DNA of 64,000 bases from a virus (lineage: Duplodnaviria > Caudoviricetes). Of the stretch, positions 1-9,668 are shown piece by piece (the first letter of the stretch is position 1; each line of letters begins with the position of its first letter). Made by a program: the position numbers and the translations under genes. The DNA lies in IMG/VR virus record IMGVR_UViG_3300032038_000001, positions 186,396 to 250,395 of that record; one strand, given 5' to 3'. Below the pieces are notes generated by a model. The model did not search any database, had not been told where the DNA came from, and was given only the letters and a program-made list of their open reading frames with translations.

Positions 1-912
1 GTTTACAGATGTTCTCTTAGTAACAAAGTCAACAACACCGGTAACGATATCATCAACGTGCAGTTCAGTACCTTCAGAACCAGTAACAGTAGTATCAATC
101 TTACCACCGAGCCACATATTATCTGAGAGGTTAATTCTCATAGGTCTGTTCAGAGGTACTTCAATAGTCTTAGTATCATCATCAGGATCTGCTACAACAA
201 ACTTGATGATCTTCAGGTCCATAGTAAACTCTTCTCTTGCAGCGTTTGTCTTTGAACCCTCAGCATTAGCATCAGTCAGATTAGCAACTACATCATAGTC
301 AACAGCAGGAAGATTAACAACGGTATTCTTGATAGGAAGACCCTTACCTGCTGCATATACTTCCTTGAATTCATCAGTGAAGAAGCACTGAGGATACTTC
401 CATCTCTTAGTCTTATCATTGTTATCAACAATATAAGTCTGCTCGATATGCTTCTTGATTATAGGGCTCTTTGTAACCTCAGTCTGAATAATATCCTTAG
501 TAGCAAGCTTCAGCTGCTGCTTAATCAGAATAGGGAAATCAATAGCCTTGATAGGCAGAAGCTGAGGAACTCTGGTAGACTCCTTAACGAAGTCCTCACA
601 GCAGTTATCAAACATCTGCGAAACCTGCTCATACAGATGAGCGTGTGTACCATAGCTGCCATCAGGATCATCCATATTAGCGCACTCAGTCTTAAGTTCG
701 CCCAGAAGAGCCTCCTTAACAGCGTTCAGCTTAGCCTTATTCTTAATAATGGGATTGATATCAATCATCATATCGACACCGTTATTAAGCATAGAGTTAT
801 AAGCCTCAGTAAAAATGTCATCAAATGTGTTCTTTACACCAGCGCCGAAACCACCAACGGTTGCGGTCTCCTGGAAATCCTTAGCGGATTCAGAAATGAA
901 TGTTAATGCCAT
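1..912 (-). CDS. Probable major capsid protein precursor (5' part; runs off the left edge of the window)
   Basis: Open frame from ATG at 912 (RBS AAAAGGAG) to position 1: MALTFISESAKDFQETATVGG...EDFVKESTRVPQLLPIKAIDFPILIKQ... Codon usage looks highly expressed. A late promoter lies at 1033-1044 and neighbours are head-type genes. Absent from the ORF track because it lacks a stop in the window. Capsid identity is inferred from context and remembered resemblance to AR9-like capsid N-termini. Confidence 0.65.
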   Translation of the reverse strand, partial: MALTFISESAKDFQETATVGGFGAGVKNTFDDIFTEAYNSMLNNGVDMMIDINPIIKNKAKLNAVKEALLGELKTECANMDDPDGSYGTHAHLYEQVSQMFDNCCEDFVKESTRVPQLLPIKAIDFPILIKQQLKLATKDIIQTEVTKSPIIKKHIEQTYIVDNNDKTKRWKYPQCFFTDEFKEVYAAGKGLPIKNTVVNLPAVDYDVVANLTDANAEGSKTNAAREEFTMDLKIIKFVVADPDDDTKTIEVPLNRPMRINLSDNMWLGGKIDTTVTGSEGTELHVDDIVTGVVDFVTKRTSVN

Positions 913-1032
913 TTAAAATTTCAACTCCTTTTCTAAATTTAATGGATTAAACTTTTTTGTAATTATTACCTGTTAATAAGAATAAGTAATTCAAGTATTA
1001 ACAGAAATTAATCCATTCGGATTAACTATAAT

Positions 1033-1044
1033 TATTTATATGTT
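1033..1044 (-). promoter_or_regulatory. Late promoter motif AACA-N6-TA (AACATATAAATA) upstream of capsid gene
   Basis: Exact match to the motif recurring upstream of structural genes; same consensus as AR9 nvRNAP late promoters. Confidence 0.7.
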
Positions 1045-1060
1045 TAAATAATGAATATCA

Positions 1061-2863
1061 TTATTTGTTGATTTTCTTTGTTTTGGTAAGAAGTTTAAAT
1101 ATTAACTGAACAGAAACTACTAAATTTTGATAAAAGAGCAATGATTGAATATACGAGTTGGTTTCAAATTTAATCATCATATAATCATATGCTAAATCCT
1201 TAACTTCTCTTAATTTAGAAACTGCTGTTTTTACAATCTGATTAACTGCTAAGTCATCTTTGATATTTGTATCAAGTTTTGATATGTAGTTATCTATTGC
1301 ATTGTAAAGTGACATATATTCTCTGAAAAGATTGTACTTTCTAGTTGTATCATATTCCAAACCAGGTTTTTTCTTTTCATTATTTTGAGCAGCTTGAACT
1401 GTATTATTTGGATTTGTTCCTGTTCCATTAAAATTTGTATCTGTTTGGCTAGCATCATTATTTTGATTATCATCATTCATCGGTTGGATATCGCCAGATG
1501 CATTATCAGTATTATTATTAAAATTTGTATCTTGAGTATTTTGGTTTTCACCATTTGTTGTTTGGTCATTGCTTTGTGATTGATTTTCATTATTCGCATC
1601 TTGATCATCGTTCATAGGTTCTATATCACCAGTTGCATTATTATCGGTAGCTTGATCGTCTTGATTCTCATTATCATTCTGATTATTATCATCAATTGGT
1701 TGGATATCACCGGATGCATCAGATGAGTCATCAGAACCACTGGAATCATTATTTGTTGGGTCTTCTTCTGATGTGGTATCATCTTCTATTGGTTGAATAT
1801 CACCAGTATTATCAGAAGCATCGTCTTCCAATGGTTCAATGTTATTAGAATCAGTTCCATCATCAATAGGTTTAATATCGTTAGTGGTATCATCTTCTAT
1901 TGGTTGTATATCACCAGTATCATCAGACGTATTATCTTCCAATGGTTCAATGTCATCAGAACCGGTTTCATCATCAATAGGTTTAATATCGTTAGTGGTA
2001 TCATCTTCTATTGGTTGAATATCACCAGTATCATCAGAAGCATCGTCTTCCAACGGTTCAATGTTATTAGAATCAGTTCCATCATCAATAGGTTCAATTT
2101 CCACATCAGATGAGTTATCAATAGGTTCGATATCATTAGTAGTGCTATCATCTTCTATTGGTTCAATATCATCATCATCGGAGACATCGTCTTCTATTGG
2201 TTGAATATCACCATCATCAGATGTATCATCTTCCAAAGGTTCAATGTCATCAGAATCAGTCGCATCATCAATATGTTCAATTTCGACATCAGATGAGTCA
2301 TCAATAGGTTTGATATCGTTAGTAGTGCTATCATCCTCTATTGGTTCAATATCATCATCAGATGTATCATCTTCCAATGGTTCAATGTCTGATATATCAT
2401 CATCACTAATAGGTTCGATGTCAGCTATATCCATTGAATCGATATCTTCCAAATTATCTTCGTTTTCATCATCTAATGGTTCAATATCATTGATATGTTT
2501 ATCATCATTTTTATTAGATTTTTTTTGTGGTTTCTTTTTTTTAGTCTTCTTCTTTTTAGGTTTAGGAATTTTTGGGATATCTTTGATATCAACATCATAA
2601 TCGTCTTCGTCTAATTCCGCAATATCCAGATCAATAGGAAGTTCATCATCTTCCAAATCCATATCAGATAAGTCCACATTAAATTCCAAATCATCTATTT
2701 CATCATCGGTAATATCTATTGATGATAATAAGTCTATATCATCTTGTCTTTTCTTCGTTTCAATAAATATTTCCTGTGTATCTGGTATTGTATTGACACT
2801 TTCATCAGCTAGAAAATATTTACCATATTTGTTGTTTATCCTTTTAGGAGTTTTGAGCAACAA
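1061..2863 (-). CDS. Highly acidic low-complexity repeat protein with helical C-terminal domain; candidate prohead scaffold/core protein
   Basis: 600 aa with about 20 D(I/V)(E/Q/K)P(I/L)(E/D)DD repeats. TTG start with RBS GGGGTG. Directly upstream of the capsid gene. Confidence 0.6.
   Translation of the reverse strand: MLLKTPKRINNKYGKYFLADESVNTIPDTQEIFIETKKRQDDIDLLSSIDITDDEIDDLEFNVDLSDMDLEDDELPIDLDIAELDEDDYDVDIKDIPKIPKPKKKKTKKKKPQKKSNKNDDKHINDIEPLDDENEDNLEDIDSMDIADIEPISDDDISDIEPLEDDTSDDDIEPIEDDSTTNDIKPIDDSSDVEIEHIDDATDSDDIEPLEDDTSDDGDIQPIEDDVSDDDDIEPIEDDSTTNDIEPIDNSSDVEIEPIDDGTDSNNIEPLEDDASDDTGDIQPIEDDTTNDIKPIDDETGSDDIEPLEDNTSDDTGDIQPIEDDTTNDIKPIDDGTDSNNIEPLEDDASDNTGDIQPIEDDTTSEEDPTNNDSSGSDDSSDASGDIQPIDDNNQNDNENQDDQATDNNATGDIEPMNDDQDANNENQSQSNDQTTNGENQNTQDTNFNNNTDNASGDIQPMNDDNQNNDASQTDTNFNGTGTNPNNTVQAAQNNEKKKPGLEYDTTRKYNLFREYMSLYNAIDNYISKLDTNIKDDLAVNQIVKTAVSKLREVKDLAYDYMMIKFETNSYIQSLLFYQNLVVSVQLIFKLLTKTKKINK
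1774..2100. repeat. 111-bp (37-aa) tandem repeat, about 3 copies, within a wider degenerate repeat tract (about 1600-2480)
   Basis: ATCTTCTATTGGTTG anchor at 1781, 1892 and 2003 (period 111). Confidence 0.85.
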
Positions 2864-2877
2864 CTTTCATCACCCCT

Positions 2878-4716
2878 TTATACATATTTACTATTCATTC
2901 TTACACGAACTCTTTCAGCTTCAAGAGCTGATTTAATTCTCATGAGCTTATACTTTTCAGCATTATCTCCATTAGAACTTGCATCATTAATCTTTTCATC
3001 AGTAATTTTGATTTCAGTATCAATATCTCTTACGAGTTGATTACGTATACGGGCATCTTTCTTTTTACTAAAATGACGGCAAATCTGAATAACTGGAATT
3101 AATGCTAAGTTAACTCTTGCAGCACCACCATACAGCGTTGCTAAACGTAAGTTACGTAAAGCTTTTTTCCTAAAACCCGGTTCTGACATATATTTCATAC
3201 GTCGATCATCATCTGCCTTATCTATTTTAGCAATTTGATCTTTTACATCATTCATTACATTTTTAGGAAGTTGAGTAACTGCCTTAGCCGCATTTCTAAT
3301 TTCTTGCCCCTTTTGCTTTGCGACAGCACGTGATTTATTCTGTTTCACTTCAGCGTCCATAGCTTTAAATTGAACTTTATTAGCAAGATTCTTAGCCTTA
3401 GGTGCTTCAGGCTTGCTAGATAAAGATCTTATAGGACTACTACTAGTATCATCAGATTTATCGTTCACGCTATTTTTCTCAGACTTGTGCTCAGAGGCAT
3501 TAGATTTTTTTGATGCGTCACCGTCATCATTTATTTCTTTATCCATACTATCAATATCATCATCAGTAACATCTTCGTCATCACCGACAGGTTTTTCAGT
3601 AATAATACCAGCAAATTCAGCAGTATCATTACACATTTCATTTATAATTCTAAATGCATCTTCAATGCTTGTATTTTCATTAAAGAATGAAAATCCTGTA
3701 ATAGGTGCATTAACGTCATCACACATCTGATATTCAGATGTTATTATGTCTCTGACATATTCTAATACTTCCAAACGGATTCCATATCTTTCACGCTTAT
3801 AATTATTATTATCTTCTCTGAATAACTCCTCATCAATTTCATCATCAAAGATATTATTAACTGCTGAATTAGGACTTACATAATATGTTTCAACTGAATT
3901 AACTCTTTCAGTTATAATTTCATCAAGCTGTTCAATTATGTTTTCATTTGCTAATTCTGTGAATACTATTCTATCCATTGCTTTGGGAATATTCGATACT
4001 GCTTCTTGATATGCTTTATCAGCAAATAACTTAGAAACAATAACTGACTCATTTATCCTTGTAGCAGGATCAGTACTATTACCTTCAATTTTAGATATAG
4101 CTATTCCGGAAGCTGAAGAATTCGGAATAGCTTTATTAACAAAAGGAGCATAAGTTAGATTAGTTTCTTTATCTGAATTTCTAAATACAGTATCAAGTTC
4201 CTCTTTAGCTTCCTTGCACTTATTATTGTTATTTTCTTTAAGACCCATCTTATAATCAAATAACGCATTAGAAATCTTATTTGATACTTTATCTTCTATT
4301 TCGGGAGTTTTATCATCAACTCTTTGTGCAATAATAGTAGTATTCTTACACTCGTTCATTTTATTTACAAGCTTATCTCGTAAATCTGTATACATTTTTA
4401 GTTGTGCCGGATCCATATTGTCCCGATTTTCGTCAATATATCTATTAATTTTTTCAAGTTCAACTTCGTACTTTGGGAACATACAAAGTTCTTCATCTCC
4501 AGTAATAATATCTGAATAAAATTCATAACCATAAAAAGGTTCAGCAAATATCATTCTTGAATTTTCTAATATGAAAGATAAAGGTTGATTCATATATAAT
4601 TCAGAATATTTTTGTGCTGTAGACTCATTAAAATCTTTCTTTAATTCATTATAACCGATAATAAGTCTCTTTTTAGGAGAACCGTTGAGAATCTTATCAG
4701 TATCTAAATATGCCAT
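2878..4716 (-). CDS. Hypothetical virion (head) protein
   Basis: Long ORF (track start 4737; ATG 4716 has RBS AAAGGA). Late promoter at 4760-4771. Several I-x-E motifs (INES, ITER, ITEK) and a basic coiled-coil C-terminus. Confidence 0.6.
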   Translation of the reverse strand: MAYLDTDKILNGSPKKRLIIGYNELKKDFNESTAQKYSELYMNQPLSFILENSRMIFAEPFYGYEFYSDIITGDEELCMFPKYEVELEKINRYIDENRDNMDPAQLKMYTDLRDKLVNKMNECKNTTIIAQRVDDKTPEIEDKVSNKISNALFDYKMGLKENNNNKCKEAKEELDTVFRNSDKETNLTYAPFVNKAIPNSSASGIAISKIEGNSTDPATRINESVIVSKLFADKAYQEAVSNIPKAMDRIVFTELANENIIEQLDEIITERVNSVETYYVSPNSAVNNIFDDEIDEELFREDNNNYKRERYGIRLEVLEYVRDIITSEYQMCDDVNAPITGFSFFNENTSIEDAFRIINEMCNDTAEFAGIITEKPVGDDEDVTDDDIDSMDKEINDDGDASKKSNASEHKSEKNSVNDKSDDTSSSPIRSLSSKPEAPKAKNLANKVQFKAMDAEVKQNKSRAVAKQKGQEIRNAAKAVTQLPKNVMNDVKDQIAKIDKADDDRRMKYMSEPGFRKKALRNLRLATLYGGAARVNLALIPVIQICRHFSKKKDARIRNQLVRDIDTEIKITDEKINDASSNGDNAEKYKLMRIKSALEAERVRVRMNSKYV

Positions 4717-4759
4717 ATAGTTCATTCCTTTCTTCAAAGATTTTATTATGAAATCAACT

Positions 4760-4771
4760 TAAATATTTGTT
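4760..4771 (-). promoter_or_regulatory. Late promoter motif (AACAAATATTTA)
   Basis: AACA-N6-TA match in the intergenic gap upstream of the RBS. Confidence 0.65.
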
Positions 4772-4857
4772 TTCAGTATATGTTTTTCATGAAAAATGTA
4801 TACTTATTTATTCTATTAAATATTATAAGATATGCATCTGAGAGGTACATAAAAGAA

Positions 4858-4887
4858 GAAGACAAGGAACCTTAGCGCCTTGTCTTC
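4858..4887 (-). terminator. Intrinsic terminator
   Basis: GAAGACAAGG/CCTTGTCTTC inverted repeat downstream of 4898..5677, followed by U-rich sequence on the minus strand. Confidence 0.55.
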
Positions 4888-4897
4888 ATATTCTTTT

Positions 4898-5677
4898 TTA
4901 AAATGCATCTATTAATATTGATTTTTTCCGTTTATTATTGTTATCTGTAAGAGCTCTTCTTTCAGACTTGTCTTTTGAATCTGCAACTACTTTTGCTGTC
5001 AATAAGTTCAATGCGGCTGTACCAAAACTATCTTTTTGTGCTTTACTAGCTTTTTGACCAGTTGCTTTAATAGCAGTATCCTGTTTTTTAATATGTTCAG
5101 CCATTGTACTCATTTTTTTATTAAACTGCTCTCTATCATTTTCATATGTTTTCTTTTGTTTTTCTAATGTTTCAACGGTTTGTCCAACTTTTCTTCCTAA
5201 TTTTTTTAAAGTTTCTCTTGTACTTTTAACCGCATCATTCAACTGATCAAGTTGTCCGTTTGGACCATCTATTTTACTTAATCTACTATTTAATCTTTTA
5301 GTTCTAGACTCTAGATCATCAACGCGAGACTTAGTATCCTTTTGTGAATCGTTCAATTTATTCGTAGCTTTTGTTAATTGAGTAACTCTTCTTTTTAAGT
5401 CTTCGTTGTCATGTTTAAGACCATTTAATGTATCTTTGAGATCATTTACTTGTTGTTCATACATTTTTTTATTAGCATAATTATTAGCTAACCATATTCC
5501 TAAACCAATACATGCTAAACATAAAACAATGGCTTTTTTAATCATTTTTTGTGTTTGTTTACTATCATTAATTGTTTTTTTTGCTTCATCTATATGCTGT
5601 TTTCTTGTATTGGAAGTACTCTGATTTTGAACCTCCTCAACCATGTAATCAAGATATAAATCTAAATAATCATTCAT
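4898..5677 (-). CDS. Coiled-coil protein with one hydrophobic segment and N-terminal MNDYLDLYLDYMVEE tag; candidate internal/ejected virion protein
   Basis: RBS GAAAGGA. Hydrophobic segment IVLCLACIGLGIWLA followed by a long heptad region. Confidence 0.6.
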   Translation of the reverse strand: MNDYLDLYLDYMVEEVQNQSTSNTRKQHIDEAKKTINDSKQTQKMIKKAIVLCLACIGLGIWLANNYANKKMYEQQVNDLKDTLNGLKHDNEDLKRRVTQLTKATNKLNDSQKDTKSRVDDLESRTKRLNSRLSKIDGPNGQLDQLNDAVKSTRETLKKLGRKVGQTVETLEKQKKTYENDREQFNKKMSTMAEHIKKQDTAIKATGQKASKAQKDSFGTAALNLLTAKVVADSKDKSERRALTDNNNKRKKSILIDAF

Positions 5678-6461
5678 ATCTTTATCTTCCTTTCTATTTT
5701 TTATCCTGGCATTCTATCAATTTTATTTTCTAATTTTACTGTTTCTTGTCTTAATTTAAAACAATTCTTCAGAATTTTTTTGCGACACAGATTCAGTTCC
5801 TTTGCAGGATCACCACTTTTTGATGCTTTAACTATTATACTAGTAATTTCTTTTATTGCTAATATTGCAAATGGTGCTGCTAAGGCAATCTTTTCTCGTG
5901 TTCTATTACCATTCCTATATTTTTCATAAGAATCTTTCCAATCATTTTGAGCTTTATAATAATATTCCGATTCATCGCCATATAACTTTCTAGCTTGATC
6001 TAAAGTTTCATGTTTGGATCTAACGTCCCCACCAAATATTTTTTCATCAGCTTTTGAAAGTTTGTCTGAATACTTGTTTCCAAGTTTAGTTTCTTCGAGG
6101 AAAGCAGTTACTCCTGCAACCACTGCCAGAACTTTAAATGCATCAATAAGTCCTTTTTTCAGTTGGCTCATTACCACACTTAATGTGCTAATATCCATGG
6201 TATTTACAATTTTTATCACGTCATCTATGTTCTGTTTAGCATATTTAACTTCGTTAATAGCCTCTTTTTTCTTTTTATGTTTTAATGCCACTTTTGCATG
6301 ACCCATATGTTCTTTATATTCATTTAAATTTTTCTTATATAATGCAATCATTTCACGATTAGCAGGTTTTTTTACCTTTTCAGGTTTTTTACTACTCTTA
6401 TCTTTTTCACTGCTCTCCTCAACAATGTAATCAAGATATAAATCTAAATAATCATTCATAT
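5633..6461. repeat. 47-bp direct repeat (5633-5679 and 6415-6461, one mismatch) encoding MNDYLDLYLDY(M/I)VEE
   Basis: 37 bp are identical (atgtaatcaagatataaatctaaataatcattcatat), plus ctcctcaac on the left. Confidence 0.9.
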
Positions 6462-7119
6462 TTTCATCCTCTTTCTCAATATATTTTTCTTGATAATTAA
6501 ATTTATTATATATTTTATTTTTTACTTTTTTTAGATTAGAAATAGTCACTTTTGGATTATACATGTACATATCCGTACCGGCATTAACTAATGATATATT
6601 ATTTAAATCTTTTAATTCCTGAGGTCTATATAAAGATGGAAGTTTTCCTAACGGTACTCCCTGACCTATTACTTCAGCAACAAAACGTGAACAAAAATAT
6701 TTTCGATGACTTTCACTATCTTTATTACGAGCAATATTAGCTAAACCTACAAAATCATATTTAAAATCTTTTTCATGCGATGAAAAATAATTAACACGAT
6801 CTTTCATTTTCTTTATCGCAAATTTATTTACATACATCACATATACTAAATACTTAGTTTGTTTATGCTTATACCAGTCATCAGTAGTTCCTTGATATGT
6901 ATATCCAAATAATGAGTGAGGACCTTTTATTTTTTGTGTCCGAGTTGCAAAACTATACATAGGTGATAGCTCTGGATTAAATGATATAAGTGAGTGAGTC
7001 CATTCATCACCAGTGAAATGCTTTATTGCCATACCTAATGGGTTATCACTATATGTCAGTACAATAAATACAGGATATCTATTTTCATCATTATAATCAG
7101 CCTCTTCATTTATATACAA
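5701..7119 (-). CDS. Permuted papain-like NlpC/P60 (YiiX/YaeF-type) domain fused to a second tagged helical protein (internal ATG at 6459)
   Basis: His-before-Cys order: EWTHSLISF...YDFVGL...YFCSRFVAEVI...YRPQEL. The second half begins with the duplicated tag and retains an RBS-like AAAGAGG. Confidence 0.7.
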   Translation of the reverse strand: MYINEEADYNDENRYPVFIVLTYSDNPLGMAIKHFTGDEWTHSLISFNPELSPMYSFATRTQKIKGPHSLFGYTYQGTTDDWYKHKQTKYLVYVMYVNKFAIKKMKDRVNYFSSHEKDFKYDFVGLANIARNKDSESHRKYFCSRFVAEVIGQGVPLGKLPSLYRPQELKDLNNISLVNAGTDMYMYNPKVTISNLKKVKNKIYNKFNYQEKYIEKEDENMNDYLDLYLDYIVEESSEKDKSSKKPEKVKKPANREMIALYKKNLNEYKEHMGHAKVALKHKKKKEAINEVKYAKQNIDDVIKIVNTMDISTLSVVMSQLKKGLIDAFKVLAVVAGVTAFLEETKLGNKYSDKLSKADEKIFGGDVRSKHETLDQARKLYGDESEYYYKAQNDWKDSYEKYRNGNRTREKIALAAPFAILAIKEITSIIVKASKSGDPAKELNLCRKKILKNCFKLRQETVKLENKIDRMPG

Positions 7120-7154
7120 TAAATATTCACCTCACTTACTTGAAGATATGATAT

Positions 7155-7166
7155 TAATGTTATGTT
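7155..7166 (-). promoter_or_regulatory. Late promoter motif (AACATAACATTA)
   Basis: AACA-N6-TA; identical 12-mer to the one upstream of the RNAP subunit gene. Confidence 0.7.
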
Positions 7167-7197
7167 TTATCATATCCGTAAACTAACTTTATTGAAA

Positions 7198-7247
7198 TAA
7201 AAAAAAGAGAGTAGTGAATTTTATTATATCACTACTCTCTTTTTTTA
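7198..7247 (-). terminator. Intrinsic terminator after gyrA (bidirectional form)
   Basis: AAAAAAAAGAGAGTAGTGA/TCACTACTCTCTTTTTTT inverted repeat. Confidence 0.75.
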
Positions 7248-7261
7248 TTTATCATTGAAAT

Positions 7262-9652
7262 TTATCCAAATATTTTATAAGCAACAACCTTATCGCCTTT
7301 AGGAGTCTTTATCATTTTTTCTCCTTTTGCAATTCTTGTACTTACTTTAATATCATTTAAATTAATCTCTACTGGTTCAGAGTTCTTTCTGTATACCATA
7401 ACAACATCATTCTTACTTACAGATGATATTCCTATAAGTGTTTCATTTTTATCAAGCGATATAAGTGATAAAGCTTCATCTTTTCTCTGCATAACAGGGA
7501 AATATTTTGTTTCAGTTAATTTCACACGACCGCTTGATGTTACATAGAATAAGAGTTTTTTACTAGGATTGATTTTACAAGCGTTCACAACATATTCATC
7601 TTCTTTAAGATTTATCTGTTTAACGCCTTTAGCCTGTTTTCCCAGTGTTTTAATGTCATTAATTGATATACGAATTCCATCACCTAGGTTCGTACAAATT
7701 ATGCAATCTTTACTACTCTTATCAAATGAAAACATTGCTGCTGCAACTTCATCATCAGGATTAAGAGTAATACCCATTTTGTAGTCGGTGATTTTATTAA
7801 ACTCGTTTATCGGTACTTTCTTTGCCAAACCGTTCTTGGTAACAAAGATAATACATAAATCATCATCTTTTGATTTCAGTATATCCATGTTTGGTAACTT
7901 CATCAGAGATATTATCTTACCATCTGACGTAAAGTATCTGTTTATCTCAACACCAATATCTTCATACTTCATATCAGGAATAGCTGATACTGATATTTTA
8001 GATACCCTGCCAGAGCTATCAATAACGAGAATATTCTCCCTATTATTGATTTGCATCACTGACAGATTTCCATTCTCTTTACCAACTAAACCAATACTAC
8101 TATTATCTTTAATAGAAAGCTTCTTTATATATCCACTTTCACTAATACCGATAAGGTGCTCAGTATTTGGTATTTCTTTTTTATCATCATCATTTTCCTT
8201 AACTACCTTAGACATACGGGGGCGACCCCATTTCTTTATACCCTCTTGTAACTGTCCAATTATGAACTCATCAATCTTACTACTATGCTTAAGCCTATCT
8301 TTAATATCTTTTAATTCAGCTTCAAGCTTTTGTTTTTCCTCTTTATAACGATTATAAGAGTCTGCATTAAAATTATAGACATGCATATCTGCTATAGTAG
8401 CAGCCTGAAGAGATGTTATCTTATATCTTTTCATAAGCTTATCAATAGTATCTTTACGTGAAGATGAGTTCTTAGCAATTTTAACAGTAGTTTCAATATT
8501 ATCTTTATTGAATACCATTAAAAGAACCTTATTCATATGAAGTTTCTCCATTGTAATCTGAAGATTATTTAAAAACATTGAACGAACTATATCTCTGCGA
8601 TACTCAATCCATTCAAGAAGTAAATCTTTAACTCCATACTCATATGCCACATAATCATCAATAACTGTAATTCCAACTGGGTATGTCATTTTAAGACCAG
8701 TGTTCTTCTTATAAAGAGTATTGAGAATCTTATCAGGATTAGCATCAGACTTAAGGAGTATCTGGAATTCAACCTCACCTTCCTTAGTATAATCCTTAAT
8801 ATCATATATTTCAGGAAGTTTTAATGCGATTATTTTATCAATAACCTGCATTGAAGTCATCTGAAGAGGAAGACTGGTAAAAGTAATAATATTATTCTGA
8901 TAATCAATATTAGATGTTGCTCTCATTGTCAACTTACTCTTACCAGTCTTATTTATCTCCTTAAAATTACCCTCATCAATTATATCCGCTCCAGTCGGTG
9001 AATCAGGTATAAGAAGAATTTTTGCTTCAGGATCTTTCATCAACTTTATAGTTGCATTCAAAACCTCAGTTACATTAAATGGTGGGATATTTGAAGCTAA
9101 TGCCCATCCTATTCCTGAAATCTGAGGATTGAATAATATATGCGGATATTTTGCAGGAAGATACTCTGGTTCTGGAGATACTCCATCATATGCCATTTTC
9201 ATAGGCACGCAATACTTGTCAAAATCATCGAAGAAACAATCAATCATGTATTCTCCAATACAAGCTTCAGCATAACGACCAGCTGCAGCTTGGTCGCCTC
9301 TTATATTTCCATAAGAACCCTGAGGTACAATGGCCATTACATTATTATTCCAATACTGACCTTCACGCACAATTAAATCTGCCATTGCAGCGTCACCATG
9401 TGGATGATAAGCCATTGCATTAGAACTGATAGTTCCGGCTTTAATAAACCTAAGTTTCTTAAGTGTATCTTTAGAGGTGTCTTTTGGTCTTTTTTCAGTT
9501 AACCACCAAGACCAATACAGACGACGTTTACCCGGTTTAATTCCATCTTGTATAGACGGAGTTATTCTATACACATTTTTATTTGCACCAAATAAGCATG
9601 AGTATTCAAGTGTAGCATCAGCAACATTCTGCTGACTAAGCTTTTCAGACAT
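7262..9652 (-). CDS. gyrA: Type IIA topoisomerase subunit A (GyrA/ParC-like)
   Basis: QDGIKPGKRR, YHPHGD, AAAGRYAEA (catalytic Tyr), ASNIPPFN, QAATIADM and C-terminal beta-pinwheel repeats. Confidence 0.95.
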   Translation of the reverse strand: MSEKLSQQNVADATLEYSCLFGANKNVYRITPSIQDGIKPGKRRLYWSWWLTEKRPKDTSKDTLKKLRFIKAGTISSNAMAYHPHGDAAMADLIVREGQYWNNNVMAIVPQGSYGNIRGDQAAAGRYAEACIGEYMIDCFFDDFDKYCVPMKMAYDGVSPEPEYLPAKYPHILFNPQISGIGWALASNIPPFNVTEVLNATIKLMKDPEAKILLIPDSPTGADIIDEGNFKEINKTGKSKLTMRATSNIDYQNNIITFTSLPLQMTSMQVIDKIIALKLPEIYDIKDYTKEGEVEFQILLKSDANPDKILNTLYKKNTGLKMTYPVGITVIDDYVAYEYGVKDLLLEWIEYRRDIVRSMFLNNLQITMEKLHMNKVLLMVFNKDNIETTVKIAKNSSSRKDTIDKLMKRYKITSLQAATIADMHVYNFNADSYNRYKEEKQKLEAELKDIKDRLKHSSKIDEFIIGQLQEGIKKWGRPRMSKVVKENDDDKKEIPNTEHLIGISESGYIKKLSIKDNSSIGLVGKENGNLSVMQINNRENILVIDSSGRVSKISVSAIPDMKYEDIGVEINRYFTSDGKIISLMKLPNMDILKSKDDDLCIIFVTKNGLAKKVPINEFNKITDYKMGITLNPDDEVAAAMFSFDKSSKDCIICTNLGDGIRISINDIKTLGKQAKGVKQINLKEDEYVVNACKINPSKKLLFYVTSSGRVKLTETKYFPVMQRKDEALSLISLDKNETLIGISSVSKNDVVMVYRKNSEPVEINLNDIKVSTRIAKGEKMIKTPKGDKVVAYKIFG

Positions 9653-9668
9653 TACTTATCTCTCCTTT

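Noticed and set aside
448-906. 152-aa plus-strand ORF in the track
   Set aside because: Antisense shadow of the long minus-strand capsid frame (1-912), which has an RBS, promoter and better codon usage.
1600-2480. Repeat tract as a possible CRISPR array
   Set aside because: Repeats are degenerate at third codon positions, in frame, and lack unique spacers; no cas genes seen.
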